A stretch of 64,000 nucleotides of DNA from Waddlia chondrophila WSU 86-1044 (GTDB taxonomy: Bacteria > Chlamydiota > Chlamydiia > Chlamydiales > CAMCWV01), in NCBI GenBank assembly GCA_945882915.1, contig CAMCWV010000002.1:43821-107820 (forward strand), given 5' to 3'. The notes beneath the pieces are model-generated. The model searched no databases and was not told where the DNA came from. It saw only the letters and a list, made by a program, of their open reading frames with translations. Both the position numbers and the translations under genes were made by a program. Positions 28,610-36,530 of this stretch are shown piece after piece (the first letter of the stretch is position 1; each line of letters opens with the position of its first letter).

Positions 28610-28864
28610 ATGAGAAAAAGACACGCCGATACTCTAAGTGATATATTTCAGACTCCAATCCTCTCGAGCGTGAAATGGGATGACATAGAAAGTTTATTTA
28701 TCGCTTTAGACGCGAAGGTTGTTGAAGGAAAAGGTTCTCGGGTGAGAATTTTTCTAAATGATCGCATTGCCGTATTTCACAGACCGCATCCCCAGAAAGA
28801 AACAGATAAAGGCGCCTTAGTTTCAGTTCGCAGGTTCTTAGAAGAAGCAGGAGTAAAGCCATGA
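28610..28864 (+). CDS. hicA: HicA-family toxin (mRNA interferase-like)
   Basis: 84 aa. GKGSRVRIF...HRPHPQKE...VRRFLEEAGV resembles the HicA GKGSH..PHP....L...G pattern. Lies upstream of and overlaps hicB (ATGA). Confidence 0.6.
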   Translation: MRKRHADTLSDIFQTPILSSVKWDDIESLFIALDAKVVEGKGSRVRIFLNDRIAVFHRPHPQKETDKGALVSVRRFLEEAGVKP

Positions 28865-29223
28865 AATATAAAGGATACAACGGACACGTTACCTATGACG
28901 AAGAAGCCAAGCTCTTTCACGGAGAAATTGTTGGTTTAAGAGATGTCATCACCTTTCAAGGGACTTCTGTAAAAGAACTTGAGCAGGCCTTTAAAGACTC
29001 TATTGATGACTATCTAGACTTTTGCAAAAAGCTAAAAAGAACTCCTGAAAAGCCCTTTTCAGGAAAACTTGCGCTGCGACTTCCACCAGAAGTCCATGCA
29101 AAAGCAGCTTACGAAGCACAATGCAGCGGCTTAAGCTTAAACGCTTGGATTAAACAAGCTGTTGAGGAACTTCTCGGCATCTCTTCTGAACACAACAAGC
29201 CTGTATCTAAAAAACACGCCTAA
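28861..29223 (+). CDS. hicB: HicB-family antitoxin with C-terminal RHH-like DNA-binding region
   Basis: MKYKGYNGHVTYDEEAKLFHGEIVGLRDVITFQGTSVKELEQAFKDSIDDYLDFC...EKPFSGKLALRLPPEVH is the typical HicB pattern. Confidence 0.8.
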   Translation: MKYKGYNGHVTYDEEAKLFHGEIVGLRDVITFQGTSVKELEQAFKDSIDDYLDFCKKLKRTPEKPFSGKLALRLPPEVHAKAAYEAQCSGLSLNAWIKQAVEELLGISSEHNKPVSKKHA

Positions 29224-29366
29224 ATAAAACCATTTCAAGCGGGTGCAACCCCAGCAGGACATTTCACATGACCGTTCCACAATCTGCAGTTAAGTACATT
29301 CTCTTCCAAAGAACGCAATACCTCATCTGCCTGAAAAGCAGGCTGTTAAATCGTTTGGTTATCCGA

Positions 29367-29978
29367 ATGCCCTCAAAGACCTTTAACTGGGCGGTATCGG
29401 TCGAGGCTCTATTCACCAGATCCCGCGTGGAACGTCTATTTGAAGCTGATGTGAAAGCGGAATACGAAAGCATAAAGCCCTATTTGCCAGAACAAGCGGC
29501 AGCTATCTTAGATATTGGCTGCGGGGTGGCAGGCATCGACGTGAAACTTGCTGAACATTACAAGGCTTCTAAACAAGAAGTAACCCTCTCATTGCTTGAC
29601 AAGACAGAGATGCCAGAAAAAGTGTACTACGGATTTGAAAAGAAAGGGTGCTATTACAACTCTCTTGCTGTTGCAAGAGAACTTCTAGAGGCCAACGGCA
29701 TCGCCCCTAAACAAATTATGACTCAAGAGGTCGGTGCAGATGGACAGATCACCTTTACCGGGCCTTTTGACTTAGTAACCTCTCTTATTTCCTGGGGATT
29801 CCACTATCCAGTAAAGACCTACCTTGCTCAGGTCCACACCTTACTTCGGTCTGGCGGGGTCCTTATTCTCGATGTGCGTAAAGCTTCTACTGGAGTTGCT
29901 GAAATCAAAAAACAATTTGGCAATATCAAAATAATTGCCGAATTCCGCAAACACCAACGGGTTGCAGCCACCAAATAA
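29367..29978 (+). CDS. class I SAM-dependent methyltransferase
   Basis: Motif I ILDIGCGVAGID and post-I LLD. The start is uncertain (the track ORF begins at 29268; the ATG at 29367 is an alternative). Confidence 0.6.
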   Translation: MPSKTFNWAVSVEALFTRSRVERLFEADVKAEYESIKPYLPEQAAAILDIGCGVAGIDVKLAEHYKASKQEVTLSLLDKTEMPEKVYYGFEKKGCYYNSLAVARELLEANGIAPKQIMTQEVGADGQITFTGPFDLVTSLISWGFHYPVKTYLAQVHTLLRSGGVLILDVRKASTGVAEIKKQFGNIKIIAEFRKHQRVAATK

Positions 29979-30036
29979 ACCTAAATCGTTTACCGCCCCC
30001 TCAACTCTCCGCTGCTCGCATATAGCATTTTTTTTA

Positions 30037-30430
30037 AAAACCGCGTAAGCGGCAATTAAGCGGCGAAGCCGTGGCAGACGCTAGCCGTAGGTGACCAAAG
30101 GGAGCCTACGGAATTTTTAACCGGCGATTCGGAGCCACGGCAGTGGCGATACGCTAAACTACCTGTCGCCGCTGTCCGCGGCTTATGGTTTTTATATACT
30201 CCTCGTAGTTGAAAACGGGAATTTGGACTAGCGCCAAAGCCCCGTTTTCAACTACGAGGAGTATATGTCTGCATTTCCGTAGGCTCCTTTCAGTCACCTA
30301 CGGCTAACATCTGCCACGGCCTTGCCGCTTAACTACCGCTTGCGCGGTTTTCTAAAAAACAACCACCAACTCCGATCTCCCTTCTCTTCTCTCTTGTATT
30401 TCCTCTCACGCCTCTGTGTTTCAAAAAATG
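30037..30430. repeat. R7 element carrying a nested R1 short form, followed by spacer and half R3
   Basis: R7 at 30037-30352 is an inverted copy of 3683-3930, with R1 (30194-30266) inserted. 30353-30430 holds the spacer aaaaaacaaccaccaactccg... and the left arm only of R3 (ctctcacgcctctgtgtttcaaaaaa). Confidence 0.85.
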
Positions 30431-30545
30431 TTAATCTTTATTCCTTGCCCCCCCCTAGCACCCCTCATTTTGACTATGAGGTGTTGCCTTTTAGAGGGTC
30501 ATCCATGTAATATAGTACCCTTTATCGAGTTTTCTATAGGTAGTC

Positions 30546-32894
30546 ATGATTCAGCTCTTTGTGGTTCTTTTTGCCACCCTTTCAATGGTATTTAGTTCAC
30601 CTTTACAAGCACAGCAGGTCCAACAAACCTCTGAGCAAAAACGGGTGGCGAAAATTGAAATTATTGCAAACCAACTAGCTCCTGGAAGTAGCTTTGATGC
30701 GAATGCCGTACGCGCACGCCTCAAAACAAAGGTTGGTGATTTTTTTAATCAAGCAGACTTTAACATCGACCTCAAGGCACTCCATGAAGAGTACCGCATT
30801 GTCGAATCTTCTACCGAAACGATCAACCAAGAGATCTACATCACGCTTAAGGTGTGGCCAAAGCCATTAATCAAAGCTATCACCTGGGTAGGCAATGACA
30901 AGATCTCAACCGAAAAACTAGAAAAAGAGCTAGACGTCTCTGTCGGCTCCCCTTTCGATGAACAGACCTTTAACAAAGCCTTCCACAAATTAAAAGCCTA
31001 CTACGTCAAGAAGGGCTATTTCGAAGCCGAAATGAGCTTTAAACCGATCTTCGACCCAACTGTTGGCGAAGTCGACATCGAGATCACTATCAAAGAAGGG
31101 CGCTCAGGAAGAATCCGGGAGCTTGTTTTTACAGGCTTCACCTCTGACGAAGAAGATGACCTTGTTGATATGATCAACACAAAAACCTACAACATGTTCA
31201 CCAGCTGGTTTACAGACGCAGGAACCTACCAAGCAGAAGTGATGGAACGAGACAAACTCCTTGTTCTCAATTTCCTCCACGACAGAGGCTTTGCTGATGC
31301 TAGTGTAGAGATCAAAATAACAGAAGCTCCTCGCCCAGAGCGCATTGACGTTGAAATTACAGCTCAACGCGGAGAGCTCTACACCTGCGGAGAAATCACC
31401 TTCAAAGGGAATAAGATTTTCACAGACGAACAAATCGAAAAGCACTTCACCATCCGTCCCGGAAAGCCATATTCGCCAGAAAAAGTGCGCGAGACTGTTC
31501 ATGCTATTACCGATTTCTACGGAGAACGCGGCTACATCGAAACAACAGTTTCTTATGAAGCCCACCTTCAGCCAGGAACCCTTCAGTATACCCTCCAGTT
31601 CCAAATTAACGAAGGAGAGCAATTCCGAATCGGACTCTTAAAAATCTTTGGGAATAGCTACACCGAAACACGGGTCATCCTCCACGAATGTCTGATGATC
31701 CCCGGAGAAGTTTTTGATATCCGCAAACTAAAAGCTACCGAAGAAAAGCTGCAAAACATTGGCTATTTCAAACATGTGAACGTCTATGCAGTAAAATCAC
31801 CTGAAAAAAGCGTTCTTGGGTCTAACTATCGAGACGTATACATCGAAGTTGAAGAGACCAGCACCGGACACTTTAGCGTCTTCTTTGGATTCAGCACCCT
31901 CGATAGCATCTTTGGCGGCGTAGAAATCATCGAAAGAAACTTCAGTTACAAAGGTTCTAGAAACGTTCTGGACAAGGGCCCGCAAAGCCTTAGAGGTGGC
32001 GGAGAATACGCCAGGATGAGAATAAACATCGGAAGCAAGATGAGCAGCTATCTTGTCTCTTGGACCAAACCTTATTTCATGGACACACCATGGATTGTGG
32101 GCTTTGACGTTGAAAAATCATCTAATAGGCGGCAATCTAAAGACTACGAAATTGACTCCCTCGGCTTGACAACCCACGCCACGTATCCAATTAACGCCTT
32201 TTTAAGGACAGGTTGGCATTACCGTGTTCAAGATAACACAATCAGCGTCTCCCCTTCTGTAGACCCTCTAATTAGACAAGAAGCGGCAAACAGCGGTGTT
32301 GTTTCAGCAACTGGTGTTTCACTGGCCTACGACTCTACAGACCACCCCTCAAAACCAAGAAAGGGCTTCCGTTCAGAAATAGAAACTGAATTTGCTGGGC
32401 TGGGAGGAGACTTTTCTTTCTTAGGTCTGGCTTACGTTAACTCCTACTATATCCCTCTCCACAAACAAGGAATTCTCAGGTTCCGTGCAGACGCTCGCTT
32501 CATCCAGCCTCTTGGGAGCACAACAGCCCTTAACATGCCTCTTGGTGAAAAGCTCTACTTGGGCGGCGAAACAACAGTTCGCGGCTACCGTGGCTACGGC
32601 ATTGGACCTAAGTTTCCTAATGGCGATCCTCGTGGAGGCTTGACATCGGCATTGTTATCCGAAGAATATCGCCTAAGCATTACCAAGAAAATTGATGTTT
32701 TTGCCTTCCTTGATGCCGGTAGCGTTTCTGACAAAACTTACCATTTCTCAATGCTTCGCTACTCTTGTGGATTTGGCCTCTGTATCGAAATTCTTGACCG
32801 TATTCCGATCACGGTTGGGATCGGCTTCCCTCTCAATGCAGCAGACCGCAGTGATATCCGTCGCTTCTTCTTCTCGATCGGAGGCCATTTCTAA
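30546..32894 (+). CDS. bamA: outer membrane protein assembly factor BamA (Omp85)
   Basis: 782 aa. Signal peptide, POTRA repeats, C-terminal beta-barrel ending in F. Followed by skp and lpxD. Confidence 0.9.
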   Translation: MIQLFVVLFATLSMVFSSPLQAQQVQQTSEQKRVAKIEIIANQLAPGSSFDANAVRARLKTKVGDFFNQADFNIDLKALHEEYRIVESSTETINQEIYITLKVWPKPLIKAITWVGNDKISTEKLEKELDVSVGSPFDEQTFNKAFHKLKAYYVKKGYFEAEMSFKPIFDPTVGEVDIEITIKEGRSGRIRELVFTGFTSDEEDDLVDMINTKTYNMFTSWFTDAGTYQAEVMERDKLLVLNFLHDRGFADASVEIKITEAPRPERIDVEITAQRGELYTCGEITFKGNKIFTDEQIEKHFTIRPGKPYSPEKVRETVHAITDFYGERGYIETTVSYEAHLQPGTLQYTLQFQINEGEQFRIGLLKIFGNSYTETRVILHECLMIPGEVFDIRKLKATEEKLQNIGYFKHVNVYAVKSPEKSVLGSNYRDVYIEVEETSTGHFSVFFGFSTLDSIFGGVEIIERNFSYKGSRNVLDKGPQSLRGGGEYARMRINIGSKMSSYLVSWTKPYFMDTPWIVGFDVEKSSNRRQSKDYEIDSLGLTTHATYPINAFLRTGWHYRVQDNTISVSPSVDPLIRQEAANSGVVSATGVSLAYDSTDHPSKPRKGFRSEIETEFAGLGGDFSFLGLAYVNSYYIPLHKQGILRFRADARFIQPLGSTTALNMPLGEKLYLGGETTVRGYRGYGIGPKFPNGDPRGGLTSALLSEEYRLSITKKIDVFAFLDAGSVSDKTYHFSMLRYSCGFGLCIEILDRIPITVGIGFPLNAADRSDIRRFFFSIGGHF

Positions 32895-32946
32895 ATTTAA
32901 GAATAAACATAAGCAGAACATATTTTTACCCCAAAGGTCCACTCTC

Positions 32947-33546
32947 ATGAAACTTTTTTATACCTTTTTAACGCTTGCCGTTTTAATTGCACCAGGCCTT
33001 GTAGCTGCGGAGCAAGAACCCTCTACTATTGGCGTCGTTAACTTCAGAAAATGCATCGAAGAATCAGCTCTAGGAAAGAGCGAACAACAGTCTTTCGAAG
33101 CCATCAGACGCCAAATGAGCGAGGTCGTTGAGAAAACACAAAAAGAACTTAAAGACATCTCTGCAAAACTTAGCGATCACGAATTTGTAGATGGGCTCTC
33201 TCCTAAAGCTGAAGAAGAATTCAAAAACAAATTTCAGTCTCTAAACCAAGACCTTGAAAGCTACCAAGGACAGTATTACCAGATGATGAACCAGGCAAAC
33301 GGCCGCATCATCCAGACTCTAGGTGATAGCGTTGCTGAAGCCTCTAAAAAAGTAGCAAAAGTTAAAAAACTAAACATAGTTGTTAACGAAGAATCCGCTT
33401 TCTTCTACGCGTCAGAGCTAGATATCACATCTCTTGTTATTGAAGAGATGAACAAATCTTACACCAAAAACGGCGGAGCTGCTTCAGAAGACGCTTCTGG
33501 GTCTGCACCAGCAGCCACACCAGCAACTTCTACGGAGACAAGATAG
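32947..33546 (+). CDS. skp: OmpH/Skp-family periplasmic chaperone
   Basis: Start MKLFYTFLTLAVLIAPGLVAA (signal peptide), followed by a coiled-coil-rich body. The track ORF start at 32692 lies inside bamA. Confidence 0.75.
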   Translation: MKLFYTFLTLAVLIAPGLVAAEQEPSTIGVVNFRKCIEESALGKSEQQSFEAIRRQMSEVVEKTQKELKDISAKLSDHEFVDGLSPKAEEEFKNKFQSLNQDLESYQGQYYQMMNQANGRIIQTLGDSVAEASKKVAKVKKLNIVVNEESAFFYASELDITSLVIEEMNKSYTKNGGAASEDASGSAPAATPATSTETR

Positions 33547-33552
33547 TTTATT

Positions 33553-34617
33553 ATGATGTTGTCGTTTACGTTACAGCAACTTGCTGAGCTTACAGGCTCG
33601 AAATTAATAGGTAATGGCCAGCTCCAGATTACTCATGTAAGTGATCTGGAGTCAGCCTCCCCTGAGGAGGCCTCTTTTTTAGCCAACGCTCGTTATTACC
33701 AAGCGATGGCGAAATCAAAAGCTGGAGTGGTCTTTGTCCAGGAACAGGTCACCTTAGTTCCTAACAAAAATTTCCTTGTTCATTTAGACCCTTCCAGAGC
33801 CTTTCAACAGGTTATCGAACTTTTTTATCCTCCACGAAAAATTTCGGGCTTTTCTGGGATTCATTCCACAGCTGTCATTCACTCCGAAGCTATTCTTGGA
33901 CAAGACGTCTCTGTCGGCCCCCATGCTGTTATAGAAAGCGGAGCGCGAATTGGCGATAGAACCTTTATCGGCGCCGGCACCTACGTAGGCCTTGCCGCTC
34001 AAATTGGAGCAGACTGCATCATCCACCCTCATGTCACCCTTCGAGAAGGGACAATCCTTGGCGCCCGCGTGATCCTTCAACCAGGTGTCGTTCTGGGCTC
34101 TTGCGGTTTTGGCTACACTACAGATCAAAAAGGAAAGCATCACAAGCTTCAACAAGTCGGGATTGTTACTGTCGAAGATGATGTCGAAATTGGTGCCAAT
34201 ACGACCATTGACCGAGCTCGCTTCAAAACGACCCGAATTGGCCGAGGCACAAAAATCGATAACCTAACACAAATTGCTCACGCCGTCTCCATCGGAGAAG
34301 ACAATTTTATTGTCGCGCAAACAGGAGTTGCCGGCTCTTCAAAGACAGGGCGTAACGTTATCCTTGCAGGCCAGTCTGCTATAACCGGCCATGTAAGTAT
34401 TGCGGATGGAACGATCATTGCAGCGCGCGGGGGCGTCACAAAGTCAATCTTACAGGCAGGCAAATATGGAGGAAACCCCGCTATGCCGCTGCTCGAGCAT
34501 CACCGCCATGAAGTACACCTTCGCAATATCAAAAAGTATGTCAAACGAATCGAAGGGCTCGAACAGAAACTCGAAGCATTGGAAGTTCGTGAAAAACTTA
34601 TGAAGCTGCTACACTAA
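33553..34617 (+). CDS. lpxD: UDP-3-O-acylglucosamine N-acyltransferase
   Basis: 354 aa. N-terminal LpxD domain plus left-handed beta-helix hexapeptide repeats. Confidence 0.9.
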   Translation: MMLSFTLQQLAELTGSKLIGNGQLQITHVSDLESASPEEASFLANARYYQAMAKSKAGVVFVQEQVTLVPNKNFLVHLDPSRAFQQVIELFYPPRKISGFSGIHSTAVIHSEAILGQDVSVGPHAVIESGARIGDRTFIGAGTYVGLAAQIGADCIIHPHVTLREGTILGARVILQPGVVLGSCGFGYTTDQKGKHHKLQQVGIVTVEDDVEIGANTTIDRARFKTTRIGRGTKIDNLTQIAHAVSIGEDNFIVAQTGVAGSSKTGRNVILAGQSAITGHVSIADGTIIAARGGVTKSILQAGKYGGNPAMPLLEHHRHEVHLRNIKKYVKRIEGLEQKLEALEVREKLMKLLH

Positions 34618-34630
34618 TCCTAAAACCGTT

Positions 34631-34779
34631 ATATCCTCCTCTTAGCTGAAAACGGGAAAAATTATCCTAAACAAGCGCTTGCCCTTTCTAGAAGGTAACC
34701 CTTTAATCGCTACGGGCTTCTTCTCTTTTATTCTTTTGTGCGCTGCCCAAGTTCCCATTTTCAGCTACGAGGAGTATAT
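34631..34779. repeat. R1 copy whose interior is replaced by an R2-flank segment with the R2 hairpin deleted
   Basis: The left arm atatcctcctcttagctgaaaacggga runs into aaaattatcctaaacaagcgcttgccctttctagaaggtaac|cctttaatcgctacgggcttcttctc. The right arm is gttcccattttcagctacgaggagtata. Compare 63655-63957, where the full R2 is present. Confidence 0.75.
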
Positions 34780-34942
34780 ACTCCTCGTAGTTGAAAACGG
34801 GAATTTGGACTAGCGCGAAAGCTCCCGCGGCTGAACGATCGTAAGTGCCTTAGTATTAGAAATACAAAGGGTACTTGCGATCGTTCAGCCCCGGGGCTTT
34901 GGCGCCGTCCAAGTTTCCATTTTCAGCTACGAGGAGTATATA
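34776..34942. repeat. R1 longest form with R8 hairpin (34829-34890) in its centre, abutting the previous R1
   Basis: tatatactcctcgtagttgaaaacgggaatttggactagcgcgaaagctcccgc[ggctgaacgatcgtaagtgcc..gggtacttgcgatcgttcagcc]ccggggctttggcgccgtccaagtttccattttcagctacgaggagtata. Confidence 0.9.
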
Positions 34943-34956
34943 CTGCGTTAAAAATA

Positions 34957-34985
34957 TTGACATCTCCATGTCCTGCGAATATATT
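34957..34985 (+). promoter_or_regulatory. sigma-70-type promoter candidate for dnaN
   Basis: TTGACA (34957-34962), a 17-nt spacer, then TATATT (34980-34985), about 40 nt upstream of the dnaN ATG. Confidence 0.5.
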
Positions 34986-35024
34986 TTTTTAAAATTGTTT
35001 TGTTCACTATGAGGATCGGCATCC

Positions 35025-36134
35025 ATGAAATTCGTTATCTCAAAAACCGAGCTTACCAAGCTAATTGGCAACATCCAAAATATAGCAGGTAAAAACACAA
35101 CAATCCCCATCCTCTCGAATTTCCTTATCGAAGCAGCTCAAGACGAGCTAATCTTAACTGCGACAGACTTAACTGTAGGAATGCGCTGTCACGCACATGC
35201 AAAAATCTTGGAAGAGGGTGTTACGACCCTTCCTGCAAAGCGTTTCTTCCAGCTTGTTCGTGAGCTGACAACAAGTAATATCGAAGTCACTTGCGGCGAA
35301 AACCACATCACCGAGATCAAAGCAGGCTCTTCTCTTTTTAAACTCCACGGAATGAGCAAAAACGAATTCCCCACTCTCCCCGATCTCAACGAGGCAATTC
35401 AAATAAAGATCTCTTGTGCAGTGCTCAAAGAGATGTTCTACCGCACTTCGTTTGCCGTTTCTAAAGAAGAAAACCGCTACGTCCTTACAGGGGTCCTGCT
35501 CAAAGTGGCTGACGGCGCCGCAACAGTTGTTGGGACAGATGGGAAACGCCTTGCTAAGACAGACACAAAACTAGATATAGACCCAACCATCACCGGAGAT
35601 TACATCCTCCCGCTAAAGGCTGTGGACGAGATCCTTAAAATCTTAACTGATGAAGGAATGGCAACTCTCTATCTAATGGCTGATAAGGTTGCTGTTGAAG
35701 CCCACGGCTCAACTGTGATCACAAAGCTCCTTAGCGGCAGCTACCCCGACTTTACAAAAGTGATCCCCAAGAAAGATAACATCTCTCTATCACTCCACAG
35801 AGAAGAGCTTATTAGCCTTCTTAGACAAGTTTCCCTCTTCATTGATGACACGCTTAATCACGCTGCGCGCTTTATGTTTTTTAATGGAGAGTTGACTCTA
35901 TCGGCTAATCACATGGAAGTGGGAGAGGGAAAAGTGGGGATGCCAGTGAATTACAAGGGCCCGAACCTAGTGATTGCTTTTAACCCCTTCTTTTTTCTCG
36001 ATATCTTGCGTCACAGCAAGGACGAGACCGTCTCTCTTAGCCTTACCGACGCATACAACCCTGGGTTGATTACCGACTCATCATCATCGGTTTGCGTTTT
36101 GATGCCCATGCGCTTAAGCAACGAAGTCCTGTAG
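35025..36134 (+). CDS. dnaN: DNA polymerase III beta sliding clamp
   Basis: 369 aa. MKFVISKTEL... with a three-domain clamp pattern, ending ...VLMPMRL. Confidence 0.9.
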   Translation: MKFVISKTELTKLIGNIQNIAGKNTTIPILSNFLIEAAQDELILTATDLTVGMRCHAHAKILEEGVTTLPAKRFFQLVRELTTSNIEVTCGENHITEIKAGSSLFKLHGMSKNEFPTLPDLNEAIQIKISCAVLKEMFYRTSFAVSKEENRYVLTGVLLKVADGAATVVGTDGKRLAKTDTKLDIDPTITGDYILPLKAVDEILKILTDEGMATLYLMADKVAVEAHGSTVITKLLSGSYPDFTKVIPKKDNISLSLHREELISLLRQVSLFIDDTLNHAARFMFFNGELTLSANHMEVGEGKVGMPVNYKGPNLVIAFNPFFFLDILRHSKDETVSLSLTDAYNPGLITDSSSSVCVLMPMRLSNEVL

Positions 36135-36251
36135 ATCCATCCGGAGCTTGAATACTTATTTGCATTTACCAGGGGTTCTCGTGCTTCGCACTTCACCGCC
36201 TGGCTAAGTCCAGATGTCCCTCTGGGACATTTTAAATATCTCACCTCTTTT

Positions 36252-36302
36252 CGTAACAGTTCACATGCCACCGACGAAGGAGGGGGTATGTGAACTGTTA
36301 CG
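36252..36302. repeat. R4 hairpin
   Basis: cgtaacagttcacat gccaccgacgaaggaggggg tatgtgaactgttacg. Confidence 0.85.
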
Positions 36303-36473
36303 AAAAAATTTAAGTGCTGTTCGTAAGATGGGGCTTGGACTTCTAAAAAGGAATGGATCTCCTGAAAAATCGCTCACAAAGAATAGGTTTCAAGCTTTAA
36401 CCTCAACCGAGTTCCGAGAGATAATTTTGAAGGATTTCTTATAGTGCAATCGCCCTGCGATGAATAGCATCGA

Positions 36474-36522
36474 CTATACTTCGCTTGGCTAAAAACGGGA
36501 ATTTGGGCTAGCGCGAAAGCTC
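36474..36522. repeat. degenerate R1 left arm only
   Basis: ctatacttcgcttggctaaaaacgggaatttgggctagcgcgaaagctc, preceded by an R5-like end (atcgacta). Confidence 0.6.
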
Positions 36523-36530
36523 GAAGCTCT

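Noticed and set aside
28403-30000. A classical tRNA-linked genomic island with integrase
   Set aside because: No integrase or recombinase ORF is present, and I found no direct repeat of the tRNA-Asn 3' end downstream. It is described only as a small accessory islet.
32692-32946. Upstream extension of the skp ORF, and similar extensions of map (62619-62738) and DUF3419 paralogue 2 (21493-21528)
   Set aside because: These extensions overlap the 3' ends of the preceding genes in another frame. Internal Met codons give proteins with a proper signal peptide (Skp), the SEC-C motif start (Map) or an ATGA coupling (paralogue 2).
36213-36236. Short hairpin (gatgtccc-tct-gggacat) as the dnaN terminator
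   Set aside because: It has only a 7-bp stem with a 3-nt loop and a weak T-tract, about 80 nt after the stop. That is not strong enough to list as a feature.
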